Source of the DNA: Felis catus
Taxonomy: Eukaryota
NCBI RefSeq assembly: GCF_018350175.1
Contig: NC_058368.1
Location: 139,068,001-139,132,000 of the forward strand
Direction of reading: 5' to 3'
Length of the DNA: 64,000 bases
Of this stretch, positions 62,244 to 64,000 are shown piece by piece (positions within the stretch are counted from its first letter, which is position 1; the number at the start of each line of letters is the position of its first letter). A model generated the notes under the pieces. That model ran no database searches. It was not told the origin of the DNA and saw only the letters and a list, made by a program, of their open reading frames with translations. The translations under genes were made by a program, and so were the position numbers.

Positions 62244-63440
62244 TTTTTTTTTTAAGAGAAAGAGCAATCACGAGTGGGGGGAGGGGCAGAGAGTGAGAGA
62301 GAGAGAATCCCAAGCAAGCTCCATGCTCAGCACAGAGCCCAACATGGAGCTTGATTCCACCATCCTGGGATTATATGACCTGAGCTGAAATCGAGAGTTG
62401 GAAGCTCAACCAAGTGAGCCACCCAGGCGCCCCTAATCGTAAGTTTTTAAAAGAGAACAAGACCACAAATACATGTTCTCATAAACGTCTGGATGTGCAT
62501 AAATCCCCTTTTTAAACACATACTTTACTGTCCAAATGTCCTACAACACAAGAAGAAAATGTCATTTAAAAACACAGTTTCACTGGGGCGCCTGGGTGGC
62601 TCAGTTGGTTAAGCAACTGATTTCAGTTCAGGTCATGATCTTACAGTTGGTGGGTTCAAGCCCCGCACTGGGCTTTGCATTGTGCTCCAAGCCCCGCACA
62701 GAGCCTGCTTGGTATTCACTATCTCCTCCTCTCTATCCCTCCCCCAATCAATCTCTCTCAAATAAACTTTTTTTTTTAATAAAAAATAAAAATATAGTTT
62801 CATGAAATAGAGGAGGCAGGAGCTAAAGTGGAGTAAGTTAAGAAAATAAAATTGGTGGGGCGCCTGGGTGGCTAAGTAGGTTGAGTGTCCAACTTCGGCT
62901 CAGGTCTTGATCTCAAGGCTGATAAGTTGGAGCCCCGCATCGGGCTCTGTGCTGACAAGCTCAGAGCCTGGAGCCTGCTTCAGATTCTGTGTCTCCCTCT
63001 CTCTCTGCCTCTCCCTGCTCACACTATATTTCTCTCAAAAATAAGTATTTTTAAATTAAAATAAAATAAAAATGGTAATGCAGTTTCACTTATTTAGGTG
63101 CTGGCTAGACTTGGCAAACAGGTAAAAGATTTGTAAAGAAACTTAAGCATGTATGAAAGAAGAAATAAGGAATCTCTAGAGAACCAAAGGTTGAAAATAC
63201 TGAAGAAAAAGAAAAGGGGGTGCCTGGGTGTCTCAAGTGGGTTAAGTGTCCGACTTTTGGTTTTGGCTCAGATCATATCTCATGGTTTTGGGGGTTTGGG
63301 TCTCACGTCAGGCTCTGTGCAGACAGCGGGGAGTCTGCTTGGGATTCTGTCTCCCTCTCTCTCTCTTCCTACCCCACTCGCACAGTCTCTGTCTCTCTCA
63401 AAATAAATAAAACTTAAAAAAAAAAAAAAAGAAAGAAAAA
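62244..63440. mobile_element. Cluster of four SINEs (62244-62433 -, 62585-62790 +, 62857-63070 +, 63216-63440 +)
   Basis: Four SINEC bodies with heads and A-tails. Confidence 0.9.
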
Positions 63441-63584
63441 AACAAGAACAGGAAGAAAGGGAAAAATCAAAAAGATAAGGATAAATACTTGAGGAGCTAT
63501 AGAAATCAGGCCAGATAAAGTTTTCTCATGTTTAAAAAAATGAAGTTATTTTTCCAGGAATATGTAATAAATTATAGTCAAAAT

Positions 63585-63708
63585 ATATAAATATATACAC
63601 ATATATATGTGTATATGTATGTATATATGTATAAATATATACACACATATATATACATATATATATATACATACATATACACATATATATACATATATAT
63701 CTATCTAT
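63585..63708. repeat. Imperfect (TA/CA/TG)n low-complexity repeat
   Basis: Direct reading. Confidence 0.9.
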
Positions 63709-64000
63709 AATTTTTGGTTTTGATGATGAATCTTATCCTTCTAGCCAAAATACAGGTACAACTGAGGGCTGTGGACCTTAAGGCATTGTAACTGGTTCTA
63801 CAAGGTAGACCTTACAGTCCTATGATTTGTGTCACTTCTTAAATATGTTTAATTTCTCAAATTTTGTATTTTAAAAATACTGAGGCATCTTATTACCTAA
63901 ACATCCTCTATTTTATCTTTGTTGTAAGTCAAACTTTTAAAAATTCACTTTGAAATATAAAATGGTATTTGCAACTTTATCCTCTTCCCAACTCTAGTAC

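Overview
Mammalian genomic DNA, almost certainly a felid (dense carnivore tRNA-derived SINEC_Fc-type SINEs and carnivore L1s), covering the GFM2-NSA2-FAM169A gene cluster. GFM2 (mitochondrial EF-G2/ribosome-releasing factor 2) is on the minus strand: a probable non-coding exon 1 near 46956-47050 and 14 coding exons (c.1-1510) from 36026 down to 2077, all GT-AG and in phase; its 3' end lies off the left edge. NSA2 (60S biogenesis factor, 260 aa, 6 exons, complete) is on the plus strand, head-to-head with GFM2 across a short CpG-island promoter with ETS/GABP sites and a TCT/5'TOP initiator. The last two coding exons and long 3'UTR of FAM169A come in tail-to-tail from the right. Introns hold about 38 SINEs, a near-full-length L1, an internally deleted L1, several L1 3' fragments, solo LTRs, DNA-transposon relics and microsatellites. 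I found no previously undescribed biological system. The best leads are local: a doubly deleted sense-strand L1 in GFM2 intron 1 (in-frame ORF1-ORF2 fusion, SINE replacing the RT core, CTCF motif and strong splice donor), an inverted SINE pair beside the exon 9 branch point, the TOP/bidirectional promoter, and a UG-repeat-flanked candidate cryptic exon. Gene and repeat family names come from recalled sequences, not a database search.
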